DNA of 64,000 nucleotides from an uncultured Opitutus sp. (GTDB lineage Bacteria > Verrucomicrobiota > Verrucomicrobiia > Opitutales > Opitutaceae), in NCBI GenBank assembly GCA_964406745.1, contig CAYOSX010000001.1, positions 57-64,056 of the forward strand, in the 5' to 3' direction. Position 1 is the first letter of the stretch. Each line of letters starts with the position of its first letter. The translations under genes and the position numbers were made by a program. This document shows positions 18,601 through 29,937 of this stretch, piece by piece. The notes beneath the pieces are model-generated. The model did not search any database, was not told where the DNA came from, and saw nothing but the letters and a program-made list of their open reading frames with translations.

Positions 18601-20787
18601 ATGTCCTCTTCTGCTCCCGCCATTTCCATCGTCACCGACAAGGCGAAGATCTCCCCGGTCAACGCCAAGGGTCGTCCATTCCCTCTTGAGTGGACGCGTA
18701 ACATCGGCATTGCCGCGCATATCGATGCCGGCAAGACGACCACCAGCGAACGCATTCTCTTCTACTCGGGTGCCGTCCACAAAATGGGCGAGGTTCACGA
18801 GGGAACCGCGGTGACCGACTGGATGGAGCAGGAGCGTGAGCGGGGCATCACCATCACCGCCGCGGCCATCTCTTGCGCTTGGAACGCCTCCTGTGGGCCG
18901 TGGAAGGGCATCAAGCAGCGTATCAATATTATCGATACTCCAGGACACGTTGATTTCACCGCCGAGGTGGAGCGCTCAATGCGTGTTCTCGATGGAGCGA
19001 TCGCCGTTTTTTGCGCCGTGGCCGGTGTCCAGCCGCAATCCGAAACTGTCTGGCGCCAGGCCAACAAGTACGGAGTCCCGCGTATCGCCTTCATTAACAA
19101 AATGGATCGTGTCGGAGCCGATTTCTATCGGGCGATCCAGGAGATGCGCGATAAGCTGAAGGCCAACGCCCACGCCCTCTTTCTGCCGATCGGCAAGGAG
19201 GAAGATTTCACGGGCCTCGTGGATCTGGTCCAGCAGATTGCCTACATTTTTGAGGACCCCACGAACATGGACCTCGAACCGGTCCGTCATCCCATCCCCG
19301 CCGACATGGCGGCTCAGGCGAAGGAGTACCGCGAAAAACTCATCGAAGCGGCCTCTGACTTTGATGATGCGCTGGCTGAGAAATACCTCAGTGGCGAAGC
19401 GGTTTCCACCGAGGAACTCATGGTCGCCATCCGCAAGGCCACCGTCTCGATGAAGTTTACCGGGGTTGTCCCGGGGTCTGCCTTCAAGAAGAAGGGCGTG
19501 CAGCGCCTTCTGGACTGCGTTGTGAACTATCTTCCGAACCCCCTGGAGTTGCCTCCAATGAAGGGGCAGGACAGCGAGGGCGGCGAGGTCGGCATTGTCC
19601 CCGATGACAACGCGAAACTGGCCGGCTTGGCATTCAAGCTCTGGACGGATCCTTTCGTCGGCAAGCTGGTGTTCTACCGTGTTTATACTGGCACCCTCCA
19701 GAAGGGTATGTCCCTGTACAATCCCCGTACCCGCCGCTCCGAACGTGTCTCACGCTTGGTTTTGATGCGTGCGATGGATCGCGAGGAAATCGACGTAGCC
19801 TACTCTGGCGACATTTGCGCGTTGGTTGGTGTGAAGGATGTGATCACGGGTGACACGCTTTGCCATGAAGACGCGGACATCCGTCTTGAGCCCCCGTCTT
19901 TCCCCGAGCCCGTCATCGCAATGTCGATCGAGCCGAATTCGAAGAGTGATCAGGAGAAGCTTGGCACCGCTCTTCAGCGCCTTGTGGCCGAGGATCCCAC
20001 CCTCAAGGTGAAGACGGACCCGGACACGGGCCAGACGATTCTTGCCGGCATGGGTGAGCTCCACCTGGAGATCATCATCGACCGGATGAAGCGTGAATTC
20101 AAAGTGGAAGCCACCTCCGGGAAGCCTCAGATCGCGTACCGTGAGACGGTCATTGGCAGCGCCGGCGGCGAAGGTAAGTTCATCCGCCAAACCGGTGGCA
20201 AGGGCCAGTACGGTCACGTGGTGGTCAAGATCGAGCCCAACGAAAAGGGCAAGGGCATCGAAGTCATCAACGAGATTGTTGGCGGCGTCATTCCTAAGGA
20301 ATTCATCAAACCGTCGACCGAAGGCATTCTTGAGGGGTGCAACAACGGTGTCGTCGCCGGCTATCCTGTCGTCGACGCGAAGATTCGCATTGTAGACGGC
20401 TCCTTCCACCCGGTCGACTCGTCCGAAATCGCGTTCAAGATGGCAGGCATCTTCGCCTTCAAGGAGGCCATGAAGGCTGCGCAGCCGATCTTGCTCGAGC
20501 CCATCATGGGTGTCGAAGTCACCACGCCTGAAGAATTCCAAGGCGATCTCATGGGCGACATCAACCGTCGTCGCGGCGCCATTCAAGGCATGGAAAACAA
20601 GGCCGGTGCGTGCATCATCACGGCCCACGTTCCGCTTGAGACCCTGTTTGGATACGTGACGGACATCCGTTCGCTCTCCAAAGGCCGCGCCAGCGCCTCC
20701 ATCACTCCTTCACATTTCGAACAGGTGCCCAATTCGCTCCTTGGCAAGATTGTCGAGAGCTCCACGAAGGCTCCTGCCCGCTCTTAA
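18601..20787 (+). CDS. fusA: Elongation factor G
   Basis: [29 protein letters not shown] and NKMD GTPase motifs. 728 aa, with a ~25-aa N-terminal extension relative to typical EF-G. Confidence 0.97.
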   Translation: MSSSAPAISIVTDKAKISPVNAKGRPFPLEWTRNIGIAAHIDAGKTTTSERILFYSGAVHKMGEVHEGTAVTDWMEQERERGITITAAAISCAWNASCGPWKGIKQRINIIDTPGHVDFTAEVERSMRVLDGAIAVFCAVAGVQPQSETVWRQANKYGVPRIAFINKMDRVGADFYRAIQEMRDKLKANAHALFLPIGKEEDFTGLVDLVQQIAYIFEDPTNMDLEPVRHPIPADMAAQAKEYREKLIEAASDFDDALAEKYLSGEAVSTEELMVAIRKATVSMKFTGVVPGSAFKKKGVQRLLDCVVNYLPNPLELPPMKGQDSEGGEVGIVPDDNAKLAGLAFKLWTDPFVGKLVFYRVYTGTLQKGMSLYNPRTRRSERVSRLVLMRAMDREEIDVAYSGDICALVGVKDVITGDTLCHEDADIRLEPPSFPEPVIAMSIEPNSKSDQEKLGTALQRLVAEDPTLKVKTDPDTGQTILAGMGELHLEIIIDRMKREFKVEATSGKPQIAYRETVIGSAGGEGKFIRQTGGKGQYGHVVVKIEPNEKGKGIEVINEIVGGVIPKEFIKPSTEGILEGCNNGVVAGYPVVDAKIRIVDGSFHPVDSSEIAFKMAGIFAFKEAMKAAQPILLEPIMGVEVTTPEEFQGDLMGDINRRRGAIQGMENKAGACIITAHVPLETLFGYVTDIRSLSKGRASASITPSHFEQVPNSLLGKIVESSTKAPARS

Positions 20788-20806
20788 ACCTCGTTCTTTG
20801 TTCCGC

Positions 20807-21115
20807 ATGAAAGGCCAACGCATTCGCATCAAGCTTCAGGGCTTCGATTACCGTGTAATCGACCAGTCCGCCCTGGAGATCGTCGAGACCGCAAAGCGCT
20901 CCGGCGCTCGAGTCTCCGGCCCCATCCCGCTGCCGACCCGCATCGAGAAGCTCTCCGTCAATCGCTCCCCGCACGTCGACAAGAAGTCCATGGAGCAATT
21001 CGAGACCCGCACGCACAAGCGGCTCATCGATATCATCGAACCCACCGCCCAGACTGTGGATGAGCTCAAGAAGCTCAACCTGCCGTCGGGCGTGGATATC
21101 ACCATCAACGTCTGA
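20807..21115 (+). CDS. rpsJ: 30S ribosomal protein S10
   Basis: [21 protein letters not shown]...; ATG at 20807 chosen because the ORF-track start at 20741 overlaps fusA. Confidence 0.97.
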   Translation: MKGQRIRIKLQGFDYRVIDQSALEIVETAKRSGARVSGPIPLPTRIEKLSVNRSPHVDKKSMEQFETRTHKRLIDIIEPTAQTVDELKKLNLPSGVDITINV

Positions 21116-21237
21116 GCCTTCGCGCCCAGCAAACAATAAGTTTCACCAACAGTTTAGCGGCTCTTCCGACGGGCCATACCGTCGGAATCGCTAATGTAGG
21201 TCCCACGAAACGGAAACCTCCACCTACCGCTTAGCCC

Positions 21238-21885
21238 ATGATCAGTACACTTATCGGTAAAAAACTCGGCATGACCCAGGTCTACGACGCTCAAAACGTC
21301 TTGGTCCCGGTTACCGTAGTCGAAGCTGGACCCTGCGCAGTGGTTCAGGTCAAGACGCTCGAGAACGATGGCTACCATGCTGTCCAACTCGGGTTCTCGA
21401 AACAAAAGCTCAAGAACGCCTCGAAGGCGGAGCTCCATCACGCGAAGAAGGCGGGCCTCGAGGCCGCTCCTCGCGTCCTCGGCGAAGTCCGTCTCGCCGA
21501 AGCGCCGGCTGCGAAGCTGGGCGATGTCCTCACTGTCGAGACCTTTAAGGAAGGTCAGATGGTCGACGTCATTGGCGTCTCCAAGGGCAAAGGCTTCCAA
21601 GGTGTAGTCAAACGGTTCCGCGTTGCCGGTGGACCCGCCTCCCATGGTTCCATGTTCCACCGCCGCATCGGCTCGATCGGCATGCGCCAGACTCCCGGTC
21701 GTGTTTGGAAGAATCAGGCAATGCCCGGTCACATGGGGCAGGATCGCCGCACGATCCAAAATCTTCGCATCGTGAAGATCATTGCCGAGAAGAACCTCCT
21801 TCTCGTCAAGGGCGCCATCCCGGGGGCCAACGGCGACGACGTTATTGTCCGCACCGCCATCAAGGGGCAGCCCAAGACCGCCTAA
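21238..21885 (+). CDS. rplC: 50S ribosomal protein L3
   Basis: GKKLGMTQV...GKGFQGV.KR; canonical L3. Confidence 0.97.
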   Translation: MISTLIGKKLGMTQVYDAQNVLVPVTVVEAGPCAVVQVKTLENDGYHAVQLGFSKQKLKNASKAELHHAKKAGLEAAPRVLGEVRLAEAPAAKLGDVLTVETFKEGQMVDVIGVSKGKGFQGVVKRFRVAGGPASHGSMFHRRIGSIGMRQTPGRVWKNQAMPGHMGQDRRTIQNLRIVKIIAEKNLLLVKGAIPGANGDDVIVRTAIKGQPKTA

Positions 21886-21904
21886 CCCTAGAGTACACGC
21901 AGAC

Positions 21905-22540
21905 ATGAAACTCACCGTTTTTAGTTCCGACGGAACCAGCAGCCGCGAACAGGATTTCGCGGATCTTCCGACCTTCGAAGGCGACCGCGGCCTGCAAGCT
22001 GTCAAGGAGGTCATCGTCGCAATCAATGCGAACAACCGTCTTGGTACCCATTCCACGAAGACTCGCGGCGAAGTTCGCGGTGGCGGCAAAAAGCCGTGGC
22101 GTCAAAAGGGCACCGGCCGCGCCCGTGCCGGCTCCACGCGTTCTCCCATCTGGAGTGGTGGTGGCGTCGTTTTTGGCCCCAAGCCCCGTGATTACTCGAA
22201 GAAGATCAATGCAAAGGTGAAGGCCCTGGCTTTCAGTCGGGCGCTTTTCGACCGCGCCTCTGCCGGAGACATCGCCGTCATCGAGGAATTCGATGCCAAG
22301 GTTGTGAAGACAAAGGTAGCCAGCCAGATCGTCGCTCGCATCGCCCCCAAGGGCAAGGTGCTGCTCGTCGATGCTCCTTTCACTGCCGAAGCTACTCGCG
22401 CAATTCGTAATATCGAACGGGTTTCGCTCCAGGAAGCAGCCAAGCTTAACACCGTAGATCTCGCCCAGTATCGCCGGATCGTCGTGAGCTCGCGAGCCCT
22501 CGAAACCATCCTCGCACGCGTCAATGGAGGGAAAAACTAA
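21905..22540 (+). CDS. rplD: 50S ribosomal protein L4
   Basis: MKLTVFSSDG...KPWRQKGTGRARAGS.RSP.W.GGG..FGP; ATG at 21905. Confidence 0.96.
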   Translation: MKLTVFSSDGTSSREQDFADLPTFEGDRGLQAVKEVIVAINANNRLGTHSTKTRGEVRGGGKKPWRQKGTGRARAGSTRSPIWSGGGVVFGPKPRDYSKKINAKVKALAFSRALFDRASAGDIAVIEEFDAKVVKTKVASQIVARIAPKGKVLLVDAPFTAEATRAIRNIERVSLQEAAKLNTVDLAQYRRIVVSSRALETILARVNGGKN

Positions 22541-22821
22541 TGCAAGCCGACAAAGTCCTAAAACTCGTCCGTCTCACGGAGAAGGCCAACAAGCTGTCGT
22601 CGGAGCTCGGTCAATACACGTTTGAAGTGTTCCCCGACGCCACCAAGGCGGCGGTTGCCCGCGCAGTTGAGAGCACCTTCAAGGTTACGGTGAAACGCGT
22701 CAACGTGCAGCATATCCGCGGCAAGAACAAGCGCAGCCGCACCGGACGCCCGAGCAAGACGTCCGACTTCAAGAAGGCCGTCGTGACCCTCAAGGCCGGC
22801 GATAAGATCGAACTCGTCTGA
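22540..22821 (+). CDS. rplW: 50S ribosomal protein L23
   Basis: L23-like sequence. ATG overlaps the rplD stop (TAATG). Confidence 0.95.
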   Translation: MQADKVLKLVRLTEKANKLSSELGQYTFEVFPDATKAAVARAVESTFKVTVKRVNVQHIRGKNKRSRTGRPSKTSDFKKAVVTLKAGDKIELV

Positions 22822-22850
22822 TAGGCGAGCCCACCAGGAGAAAACATCCC

Positions 22851-23720
22851 ATGGCACTTAAACTCTCTCGACCGCTGACTCCATCGCAGCGCTATACCCA
22901 TCTCAATCGCTCGCCTGAGCTCACAAAGAAGCGCCCGGAACGCGCCCTCACCGAGCCGAAGCCCAAGACCGGTGGACGTAACGTTTATGGTCGTATCACT
23001 TCCCGCCGTCGTGGGGGTGGTCATAAGCGCCTGTATCGAATCATTGATTTCAAGCGCACGGACCGTCTCGATCAGCCGGCAAAGGTGATCGCTTTGGAAT
23101 ACGATCCCAACCGTTCCGCCCGGATCGCATTGGTCCAATATCCGGACGCCGAGAAGCGTTACATCATCGCTCCCCTGGGCTTGAAGGTGGGCGATACGAT
23201 TGTCGCGTCCGATCGCGCCACCACGAACGATTATCTTGTCGGCAACAACTTCCCCCTGTCGCTAATCCCTCCTTCAACGAAGCTGCACTGTGTGGAGTTG
23301 ATCCCGGGCCGTGGTGCCCAATTGGGACGCAGCGCCGGGACATCGATTGAACTTGTAGCCGTCGACCAGGACAAGGCCCAGCTCAAGATGCCTTCTGGAG
23401 AGCTCCGTTTGGTCAACTCAAACTGCCGCGCCACGATCGGCGAGGTTGGCAATGGTGATCACAACAATCAGTCCCTCGGGAAAGCCGGCCGTAATCGCTG
23501 GCTCGGCAAGCGCCCTCGGTCACGTGGCGTTGCGATGAATCCCGTCGATCACCCCAACGGTGGTGGTCAGGGCAAGTCCAAGGGCGGTGGTGGTCGTCAG
23601 CACCTCGTCTCGCCTTGGGGTCAGCTCGCCAAGGGGTTCCCGACCCGTCGTCGCTCCAAGCCCTCTAACAGTCTTATCCTTACCCGCCACAACGGTCGCC
23701 CGCCGCGCGGCAAGAAGTAA
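22851..23720 (+). CDS. rplB: 50S ribosomal protein L2
   Basis: GGGHKR.YR.IDF.R...VA.IEYDPNRSA.IAL...; canonical L2. Confidence 0.98.
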   Translation: MALKLSRPLTPSQRYTHLNRSPELTKKRPERALTEPKPKTGGRNVYGRITSRRRGGGHKRLYRIIDFKRTDRLDQPAKVIALEYDPNRSARIALVQYPDAEKRYIIAPLGLKVGDTIVASDRATTNDYLVGNNFPLSLIPPSTKLHCVELIPGRGAQLGRSAGTSIELVAVDQDKAQLKMPSGELRLVNSNCRATIGEVGNGDHNNQSLGKAGRNRWLGKRPRSRGVAMNPVDHPNGGGQGKSKGGGGRQHLVSPWGQLAKGFPTRRRSKPSNSLILTRHNGRPPRGKK

Positions 23721-23738
23721 TCCCATCGACTCCTCACC

Positions 23739-24017
23739 ATGGCACGTTCCATCAAAAAAGGCTTCTTCGTCGACTATCACCTGCTCGAGAAGATCGAGAA
23801 GGCGGCAAAGACCGGCGGCAGCCGCAAGCCAATCCAGACCTGGTCCCGTCGATCGACGATCACGCCGGACTTCATCGGCCACACTTTCAACGTTCACAAC
23901 GGCAAGGCCTTTGTGGCCGTGTACGTCACCGAGAACATGGTTGGTCACAAGCTGGGCGAGTTCGCCCCAACACGGGTGTTCAAGGCCCACGGTGGCATGA
24001 CCCGCAAGGAAATCTAA
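23739..24017 (+). CDS. rpsS: 30S ribosomal protein S19
   Basis: [16 protein letters not shown]......TWSR.STI.P.F.GHT..VHNG. Confidence 0.98.
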   Translation: MARSIKKGFFVDYHLLEKIEKAAKTGGSRKPIQTWSRRSTITPDFIGHTFNVHNGKAFVAVYVTENMVGHKLGEFAPTRVFKAHGGMTRKEI

Positions 24018-24108
24018 CCCTTAACGTCACGTCTGAATTTATAACCAAAAGGGCAGGGTGGCGTTAACCCGTCGCTGCTGTCGCCTCTCCGAGGAATCTC
24101 TTCATACC

Positions 24109-24450
24109 ATGGAAGTCCAAGCTCTCACCCGCTACGCCCGCATGTCACCCAAGAAGGTGCGTGAAGTGGCGCGTACCATCCAAGGCCGCAAGGCCCCCGA
24201 AGCCGTTGATCTGCTTTCGATCATCCCGCGCAAATCGGCGCAGCTGATCGCCAAGACGCTCAAATCGGCGATCGCGAACGCCGAGAATAACGGCAACCTT
24301 TCGGCCGACAGCCTGGTCGTCAAATCGGCCATCGTTGAGATGGGCCCCGTCCTCAAACGCTTCAAGGCTGGCGCCCGTGGCACCGCAATGCCCCGCCGCA
24401 AGAAGATGTCGCACATTCGCATCGTCCTGTCGGACGGCAACTCCAACTGA
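24109..24450 (+). CDS. rplV: 50S ribosomal protein L22
   Basis: MEVQALTRYARMSPKKVREVAR.I.G; ATG at 24109 within the ORF that starts at 24058. Confidence 0.95.
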   Translation: MEVQALTRYARMSPKKVREVARTIQGRKAPEAVDLLSIIPRKSAQLIAKTLKSAIANAENNGNLSADSLVVKSAIVEMGPVLKRFKAGARGTAMPRRKKMSHIRIVLSDGNSN

Positions 24451-24459
24451 TTTACCACC

Positions 24460-25092
24460 ATGGGCCAAAAGACCAACCCGACCGGCTTCCGTCTCGCCGT
24501 CCGCCGCAACTGGCAGTCCCGCTGGTACGCGACCAAGCGTGATTTCCCCAAGCTCCTTCTTGAAGACCAGATCATCCGCGAAAAGCTGATGGAGAAACTC
24601 AAGCAGGCCTCGGTTCCCCGCATCTTCATCGAACGCGCCAGCAATCGCGTTCGCGTCAAGATCTACACCGCCCGTCCCGGCATTGTCATCGGTCGTAAGG
24701 GGCAGGAGATCGAGAAGATCAAGGAGGAACTCGCGAAGCTTACCGGCAAGGACATCCTTCTCGATATCCAGGAAGTTAAGAAACCCGAAATCGAAGCCCA
24801 GCTCGTGGCCGAGAACGTGGCTCTTCAACTGGAGCGTCGAATTGCGTTTCGCCGTGCGATGAAGAAGGCGGTCGAGATGGCGATGGCGCTGGGCGCCGAG
24901 GGCATTCGTATTCAGTGCTCTGGTCGTCTTGGCGGTGCTGACATCGCTCGTCGCGAATGGCAGCGCAAGGGTCGCGTGCCGCTTCATACGCTCCGCGAAA
25001 ACATCGACTACGGTTTCTTCGAGGCGCGTACGCTCTTCGGCAAGATCGGGGTCAAGGTCTGGATCTGCAAAAAGGAATCCGACAACAACTGA
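24460..25092 (+). CDS. rpsC: 30S ribosomal protein S3
   Basis: [12 protein letters not shown]......W.SRW.; KH and S3-C domains. Confidence 0.98.
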   Translation: MGQKTNPTGFRLAVRRNWQSRWYATKRDFPKLLLEDQIIREKLMEKLKQASVPRIFIERASNRVRVKIYTARPGIVIGRKGQEIEKIKEELAKLTGKDILLDIQEVKKPEIEAQLVAENVALQLERRIAFRRAMKKAVEMAMALGAEGIRIQCSGRLGGADIARREWQRKGRVPLHTLRENIDYGFFEARTLFGKIGVKVWICKKESDNN

Positions 25093-25160
25093 CGTCGCCG
25101 CGCCGTTCGACGGCCCGCGCCCGCGGATCTGAAAATCCCAACTCTTAAATCGTTCGTTCC

Positions 25161-25583
25161 ATGGCTCTCGCTCCCGCCCGCACCAAATACCGCAAATCGC
25201 AGAAAGGTTCCCGCAAAGGCAACGCCAAGCGCGGTAACACCCTCGCGTTTGGAGAATTCGGCCTCCAGTCTCTCACGCGCGGTCCAATGACCGGTCGTCA
25301 GATCGAGGCGGCCCGTGTCACCATCTCGCGTCACCTGAAGCGCAAGGGAAAACTCTGGATTCGCGTGTTCCCTCACAAGCCCGTGACCAAGAAGCCCGCA
25401 GAAGTCCGCATGGGCTCCGGCAAGGGCCCTGTGGAGTACTACGTCGCTCAGATCAAACCGGGAGCGGTCCTTTTTGAGCTCGCCGGTGTCCCGGCTACCA
25501 TCGCAAAGGAGGCATTCCGTCTTGCTGACGCGAAGCTCCCGTTCCGCTGCCGCTTCATCGTTCGCGAAGGCGGTCTCGCTTAA
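25161..25583 (+). CDS. rplP: 50S ribosomal protein L16
   Basis: P.RTKYRK.QKG...G.A..G....FGEFGLQ; canonical L16. Confidence 0.97.
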   Translation: MALAPARTKYRKSQKGSRKGNAKRGNTLAFGEFGLQSLTRGPMTGRQIEAARVTISRHLKRKGKLWIRVFPHKPVTKKPAEVRMGSGKGPVEYYVAQIKPGAVLFELAGVPATIAKEAFRLADAKLPFRCRFIVREGGLA

Positions 25584-25605
25584 CAAGACCTCAAGTCCTC
25601 CGCAT

Positions 25606-25800
25606 ATGAAGAATAAAGAAATTCGTGAACTTTCCCCTGTAGAGATCGAAAGCCGACTCCGCAGCATCCGGGATCAACTTGTCCAGCTCCGCCTGCGTAA
25701 ACAAACCGGCCAGGTCGAGAAAACCCATGAGCTGCGCTCCCTTCGCAAGGAAATCGCGCGTCTCGAAACCACCCTCCGCCAAAAGAAGGTGGCAGCCTGA
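25606..25800 (+). CDS. rpmC: 50S ribosomal protein L29
   Basis: [32 protein letters not shown]; ATG at 25606 within the ORF that starts at 25474. Confidence 0.93.
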   Translation: MKNKEIRELSPVEIESRLRSIRDQLVQLRLRKQTGQVEKTHELRSLRKEIARLETTLRQKKVAA

Positions 25801-25895
25801 CGGTCCTGCCGACGCGGAACCGACTGCATCGAATCCACCCTTTCCCGCGGCCCGCTGAGTCACCCGTCGCAACCCTTCACTTAATTACGTCCGTC

Positions 25896-26228
25896 ATGTC
25901 CACCGAGACCCGCAATACGCGCAAAACACTCATTGGCTTCGTCACCAGCCGTTCTGGCGACAAGTCTGTCAAGGTTACCATTCCCTTCAAGGTTCCGCAT
26001 CCGCGTTACAAGAAGGTCATCAATCGTCAGACCGTCGTGCACGTCCATGACGAAAAGAACGAAACGTCCGTCGGCGACAAGGTCGAGGTGATGGAGACGC
26101 GGCCGATAAGCCGCCTCAAGCGCTGGCGGATTGTTTCCGTAGTCGAGCGTGCGGTTTCCGCCACTGGCGAGGCGATCTCCGAATCAGATGTCGCGGCGAA
26201 GGTTCCGACCAAGACCTCCAAGGCCTGA
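25896..26228 (+). CDS. rpsQ: 30S ribosomal protein S17
   Basis: R.TLIG.V.S...DK...V........HP.Y.K.......VH.HDE.N....GD.V...E.RP.S; ~25-aa C-terminal extension. Confidence 0.95.
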   Translation: MSTETRNTRKTLIGFVTSRSGDKSVKVTIPFKVPHPRYKKVINRQTVVHVHDEKNETSVGDKVEVMETRPISRLKRWRIVSVVERAVSATGEAISESDVAAKVPTKTSKA

Positions 26229-26258
26229 ATCCCGAACGTTTAACTTAGGAGACACCAC

Positions 26259-26624
26259 ATGATCCAACTCCGCTCCATTCTCGAAGTCGCCGATAATACG
26301 GGTGCGCGCAAGGCCGCAATGATCTCTAAAAAGGGTCAAAACACCGACAGCGCCGGCGTCGGCGACCTTATTACGGTCCACATCAAAGACAGTGCCACGG
26401 ACGCTACGGTAAAAAAAGGCGAAGTCGCCAAAGCCGTCGTCGTCCGCACGAAGGCGCCTGTGCGCCGGGCCGACGGCAGCTACCTCCGTTTCGACAGCAA
26501 CGCCATTGTCATCATCGGCACGGACGGAAATCCCAAGGGCACTCGTATCTTCGGCCCGGTTGCGCGTGAACTGCGTGCAAAGAATTACATGAAGATCATC
26601 TCTCTTGCTCCGGAGGTCCTTTAA
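26259..26624 (+). CDS. rplN: 50S ribosomal protein L14
   Basis: [18 protein letters not shown]; canonical L14. Confidence 0.98.
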   Translation: MIQLRSILEVADNTGARKAAMISKKGQNTDSAGVGDLITVHIKDSATDATVKKGEVAKAVVVRTKAPVRRADGSYLRFDSNAIVIIGTDGNPKGTRIFGPVARELRAKNYMKIISLAPEVL

Positions 26625-26625
26625 C

Positions 26626-26895
26626 ATGCAGAAGTTTCACATTAAACGCGGTGACGAGGTCGTCGTTATCGCCGGTTCCCACAAAGGCAAGTCAGGCAAG
26701 ATTCTTGAGATTCTCGCAGCGAAGCAACGCGCTCGCATCGAAGGTGTTGCGATGATCAAGAAGCACCAGAAGAAATCTCAAGAGAATCCGAATGGTGCCA
26801 TCGTAGAACGTGAAGGTTCGGTACACGTGTCGAATCTCATGCTCAAATCCCGTCACGACGCTTCAAAGAAGCGTCCCGCCCCCGCCAAGGCCTGA
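26626..26895 (+). CDS. rplX: 50S ribosomal protein L24
   Basis: MQKFHIKRGDEVVVIAGSHKGKSGKI (KOW motif); ATG at 26626. Confidence 0.95.
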   Translation: MQKFHIKRGDEVVVIAGSHKGKSGKILEILAAKQRARIEGVAMIKKHQKKSQENPNGAIVEREGSVHVSNLMLKSRHDASKKRPAPAKA

Positions 26896-27016
26896 CGATT
26901 CCGGGCTTCGACAAGTCCACGCTTGCCAAAGCCGATTCCGCCCTGCGTTACTGACCCTCTTTTCTCTCTCATCTCTCCTTTTCGCCGTCGGGTCGGAAAT
27001 CCGATGGCCATGATCC

Positions 27017-27592
27017 ATGAGCAGCTCCTACACACCCACTCTTAAGAAACTCTACGCCGAACAGGTCGTATCCGCTCTGGTGCAGAGTCGCGGCTACAAG
27101 AATACCCATCAAGTTCCGAAGATCACGAAGATCACGTTGAACACGGGAATCGATGCCGAGGCGGACAAGAACCAGATTGCCGACATTGCTCGCGACCTGG
27201 GTACAATTGCCGGGCAGAAACCGGTCCTTTCCAAGGCAAAGAAGGCCATTTCGAACTTCAAGCTTCGCCAGGGCCAGGTGGTTGGTGCCCACGTCACCTT
27301 GCGCGGTGATACCATGTGGGAGTTCCTCTATCGCCTGATCGCCGTGGCCCTTCCGACCATTCGCGACTTTCGCGGCATTTCGTCCAAACTTGATGGGCAG
27401 GGGAATTACAACCTCGGTATTTCTGACTTCACCATCTTCCCGGAGATCACGGTGGAGAATGTGAAGAAAACCATGGGTCTTGACGTAACGATTGTCACAT
27501 CGGCGGATTCCGATGACGAAGCCCGTGAGCTCCTCCGCCTGCTTGGTATGCCCTTCCGCCGCACGGATGCAGCCAAGTCCAACGCTGCCTGA
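27017..27592 (+). CDS. rplE: 50S ribosomal protein L5
   Basis: P.I.KI.LN.G......D......A...L..I.GQKP...KAKK.I..FKLR.G; canonical L5. Confidence 0.97.
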   Translation: MSSSYTPTLKKLYAEQVVSALVQSRGYKNTHQVPKITKITLNTGIDAEADKNQIADIARDLGTIAGQKPVLSKAKKAISNFKLRQGQVVGAHVTLRGDTMWEFLYRLIAVALPTIRDFRGISSKLDGQGNYNLGISDFTIFPEITVENVKKTMGLDVTIVTSADSDDEARELLRLLGMPFRRTDAAKSNAA

Positions 27593-27609
27593 TTTATTCA
27601 TAGAACGCC

Positions 27610-27915
27610 ATGCCGAAGACCTCCGCCATCAACCGCAACGAGAAGCGCAAGCAGCTTTCGTCCAAGTACGCTGCGAAGCGAACTGAACTCAAGGCGATCC
27701 TCGCCAATCCCGACACGAACGACGAGGAATTCTTCGCCGCTCAAAAGAAGCTTCAGAAGCTTCCCCGCAATTCCTCCAAGGTTCGCGTTCGTAATCGCTG
27801 TTCAATGAGCGGGCGCCCGCGCGCATTCATTGGGAAGTTTGGCGTTTCTCGTATCCAATTTCGGGAACTCGCCCTCTCCGGTAAGATTCCCGGTGTAATC
27901 AAATCATCCTGGTAG
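27610..27915 (+). CDS. rpsN: 30S ribosomal protein S14 (long, non-zinc form)
   Basis: 101 aa, ...RNRC..SGRPR......FG.SRI.FRELA..G.IPGV.KSSW. Confidence 0.96.
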   Translation: MPKTSAINRNEKRKQLSSKYAAKRTELKAILANPDTNDEEFFAAQKKLQKLPRNSSKVRVRNRCSMSGRPRAFIGKFGVSRIQFRELALSGKIPGVIKSSW

Positions 27916-27995
27916 CGCTTTTCTCCCCGCGGAAGTGCAAGCGCCTCGGCGCTACGGATATGATCCGTTGGGGCTCAACCTAGACAACATCCACC

Positions 27996-28388
27996 ATGAC
28001 CGATCCCATTTCCGACTGCCTCACACGGCTTCGCAACGCGAGCAAAGCCCGTCTTGAGGAATGTGTAATTCCGCACTCGCGCCTGAAGGAGAGCCTTGCA
28101 GCCATCCTCAAAGCCGAAGGCTATGTGGTAGATCACGCCGAAGGCGTTGATGCCCAGGGTCACAAGACGCTTGTGATCAAAATGAAATATGTTGATGGCA
28201 CGCCGGCTATCACTGGCTTGAAGCGCGTTTCCACTCCTGGACGTCGCCTCTATTTTAGCTATAGCGAGATACCCCGGGTGCTTAACGGACTTGGTATCAG
28301 CATCCTCTCGACGTCAAAGGGCCTGATGAAGGATCAAGATTGCCGTCGCAACAAGGCAGGGGGCGAACTCCTCTGCAACGTTTGGTAA
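27996..28388 (+). CDS. rpsH: 30S ribosomal protein S8
   Basis: MTDPISDCLTRLRNA; canonical S8. Confidence 0.97.
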   Translation: MTDPISDCLTRLRNASKARLEECVIPHSRLKESLAAILKAEGYVVDHAEGVDAQGHKTLVIKMKYVDGTPAITGLKRVSTPGRRLYFSYSEIPRVLNGLGISILSTSKGLMKDQDCRRNKAGGELLCNVW

Positions 28389-28402
28389 GGAGACCCACCA
28401 CC

Positions 28403-28942
28403 ATGAGTCGTATTGGCAAACTTCCTGTATCTGTTCCCGACAAAGTAAAGGTCGACATCAAGGGGAGCACTGTCTCCGTCGAGGGCCCCAAGGGCAAAAT
28501 ATCCAAGACCTTTGCGCCGGTCGTGAGCATCGTTTTCGCAGACAAGCGGGTCACTGTTTCTCCCACCAAGGATACCAGCCGGTTCGCGCGCGCCATGTAT
28601 GGAACCGTTCGCTCGGTCATAGCAGGCATGGTCAAGGGCGCCGCTGAAGGCTATTCCAAGGATCTTGAAATTCAGGGCGTGGGTTTCAAGGCGAACCTCA
28701 AGGGAAAACAACTCGATCTCGCTCTCGGCTATTCGCACCCGATCCTTTTTGATATCCCCGAGGGAATCAAGGTAACGGTCGTCGATCAGACAAAGGTCAA
28801 GATCGAGGGGGCAGACAAGCAGCTCGTGGGTGCCGTCGCAGCTGACATTCGCGCCTTCTATCCGCCCGAGCCGTATAAAGGCAAGGGTGTGCGTATCGTT
28901 GGTGAGCGTGTCCGCCGCAAGGAAGGCAAGACCGTCGCCTAA
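28403..28942 (+). CDS. rplF: 50S ribosomal protein L6
   Basis: MSRIGKLPVSVPDKVKV...; ATG at 28403 within the ORF that starts at 28340. Confidence 0.96.
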   Translation: MSRIGKLPVSVPDKVKVDIKGSTVSVEGPKGKISKTFAPVVSIVFADKRVTVSPTKDTSRFARAMYGTVRSVIAGMVKGAAEGYSKDLEIQGVGFKANLKGKQLDLALGYSHPILFDIPEGIKVTVVDQTKVKIEGADKQLVGAVAADIRAFYPPEPYKGKGVRIVGERVRRKEGKTVA

Positions 28943-28977
28943 GCCATTAGAACCTTATAGACAAGGGCTCCACCGCC

Positions 28978-29340
28978 ATGAATACCATTTACAAAGCCAA
29001 TCTTCTTCAGAAGCGCAAATGGCGCATTCGCAAGAAGGTCTCCGGAACTGCCGCCCGTCCCCGTCTCAGCGTCAAGTTCTCGTCCAAGCATGTCTATGCT
29101 CAGGCGATCAACGACGAGACTGGGACCACGCTGGTTTTCCTCTCCAGTCTCGACTCCGAGCTGCGCAAGCAAAAGCTCGCTGCCAATCTCGCCGGGGCAA
29201 AGGTGCTCGGCGACGCCTTTGCCAAGAAGGCCAAGGAAGCCGGGGTCTCCTCGGTTGTGTTCGATCGCAACGGCGCCCGCTATCACGGTAAAGTCAAAGT
29301 CTTCGCCGACGCTGCGCGCGAAGGCGGTCTCCAATTCTAA
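28978..29340 (+). CDS. rplR: 50S ribosomal protein L18
   Basis: ...RPRLSV..S.KH.YAQ.I.D....TL...S.......; ends ...[17 protein letters not shown]. Confidence 0.96.
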   Translation: MNTIYKANLLQKRKWRIRKKVSGTAARPRLSVKFSSKHVYAQAINDETGTTLVFLSSLDSELRKQKLAANLAGAKVLGDAFAKKAKEAGVSSVVFDRNGARYHGKVKVFADAAREGGLQF

Positions 29341-29344
29341 GTCC

Positions 29345-29869
29345 ATGAGCCAACCCAATTACTCTTCCCGCCGAGACAATCGCCGCGACTCAGCTCCGGC
29401 CGACGGCTCGCCTGAGATGGTCGAAAAGGTCGTCTTCATCAATCGGTGCGCCAAGGTCGTTAAGGGCGGCCGTCGCTTCAGCTTCTCCGCTCTCGCGGTC
29501 GTGGGTGACCGTAAAGGCAATATCGGTGTGGGTCTTGGCAAGGCCAACGAGGTCCCCGAGGCGATCCGAAAGGGTACCGAGCATGCCAAAAAGCGCATGG
29601 TGCATGTGAAGCTGAAGGGCGATACGATTCCTCACGATGTCCTTGGTGTGTATGACGGCGGTCGGGTGCTTCTGAAACCGGCTTCCCCCGGTACGGGCCT
29701 GATTGCCGGCGGCGGCGTGCGTGCGGTTCTCGAAGCTGCGGGCATCAAGAACATCCTCACCAAGTCGATGGGTTCCAGCAACCATATCGCCGTGGTGCAG
29801 GCGACAATCGCTGCGCTGCGCAAGCTCCGTCTTTCGGAGGATATCTCCCTGGTTCGCAAGGCCTCTTAA
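29345..29869 (+). CDS. rpsE: 30S ribosomal protein S5
   Basis: ...[33 protein letters not shown]; ATG at 29345 within the ORF that starts at 29090. Confidence 0.96.
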   Translation: MSQPNYSSRRDNRRDSAPADGSPEMVEKVVFINRCAKVVKGGRRFSFSALAVVGDRKGNIGVGLGKANEVPEAIRKGTEHAKKRMVHVKLKGDTIPHDVLGVYDGGRVLLKPASPGTGLIAGGGVRAVLEAAGIKNILTKSMGSSNHIAVVQATIAALRKLRLSEDISLVRKAS

Positions 29870-29937
29870 AGGGCCCCCTTTTTATCCGAGTCCCGGTCGT
29901 CCAGATGCGGCCGGGGCGCCTCAATTAAGGAAATCTC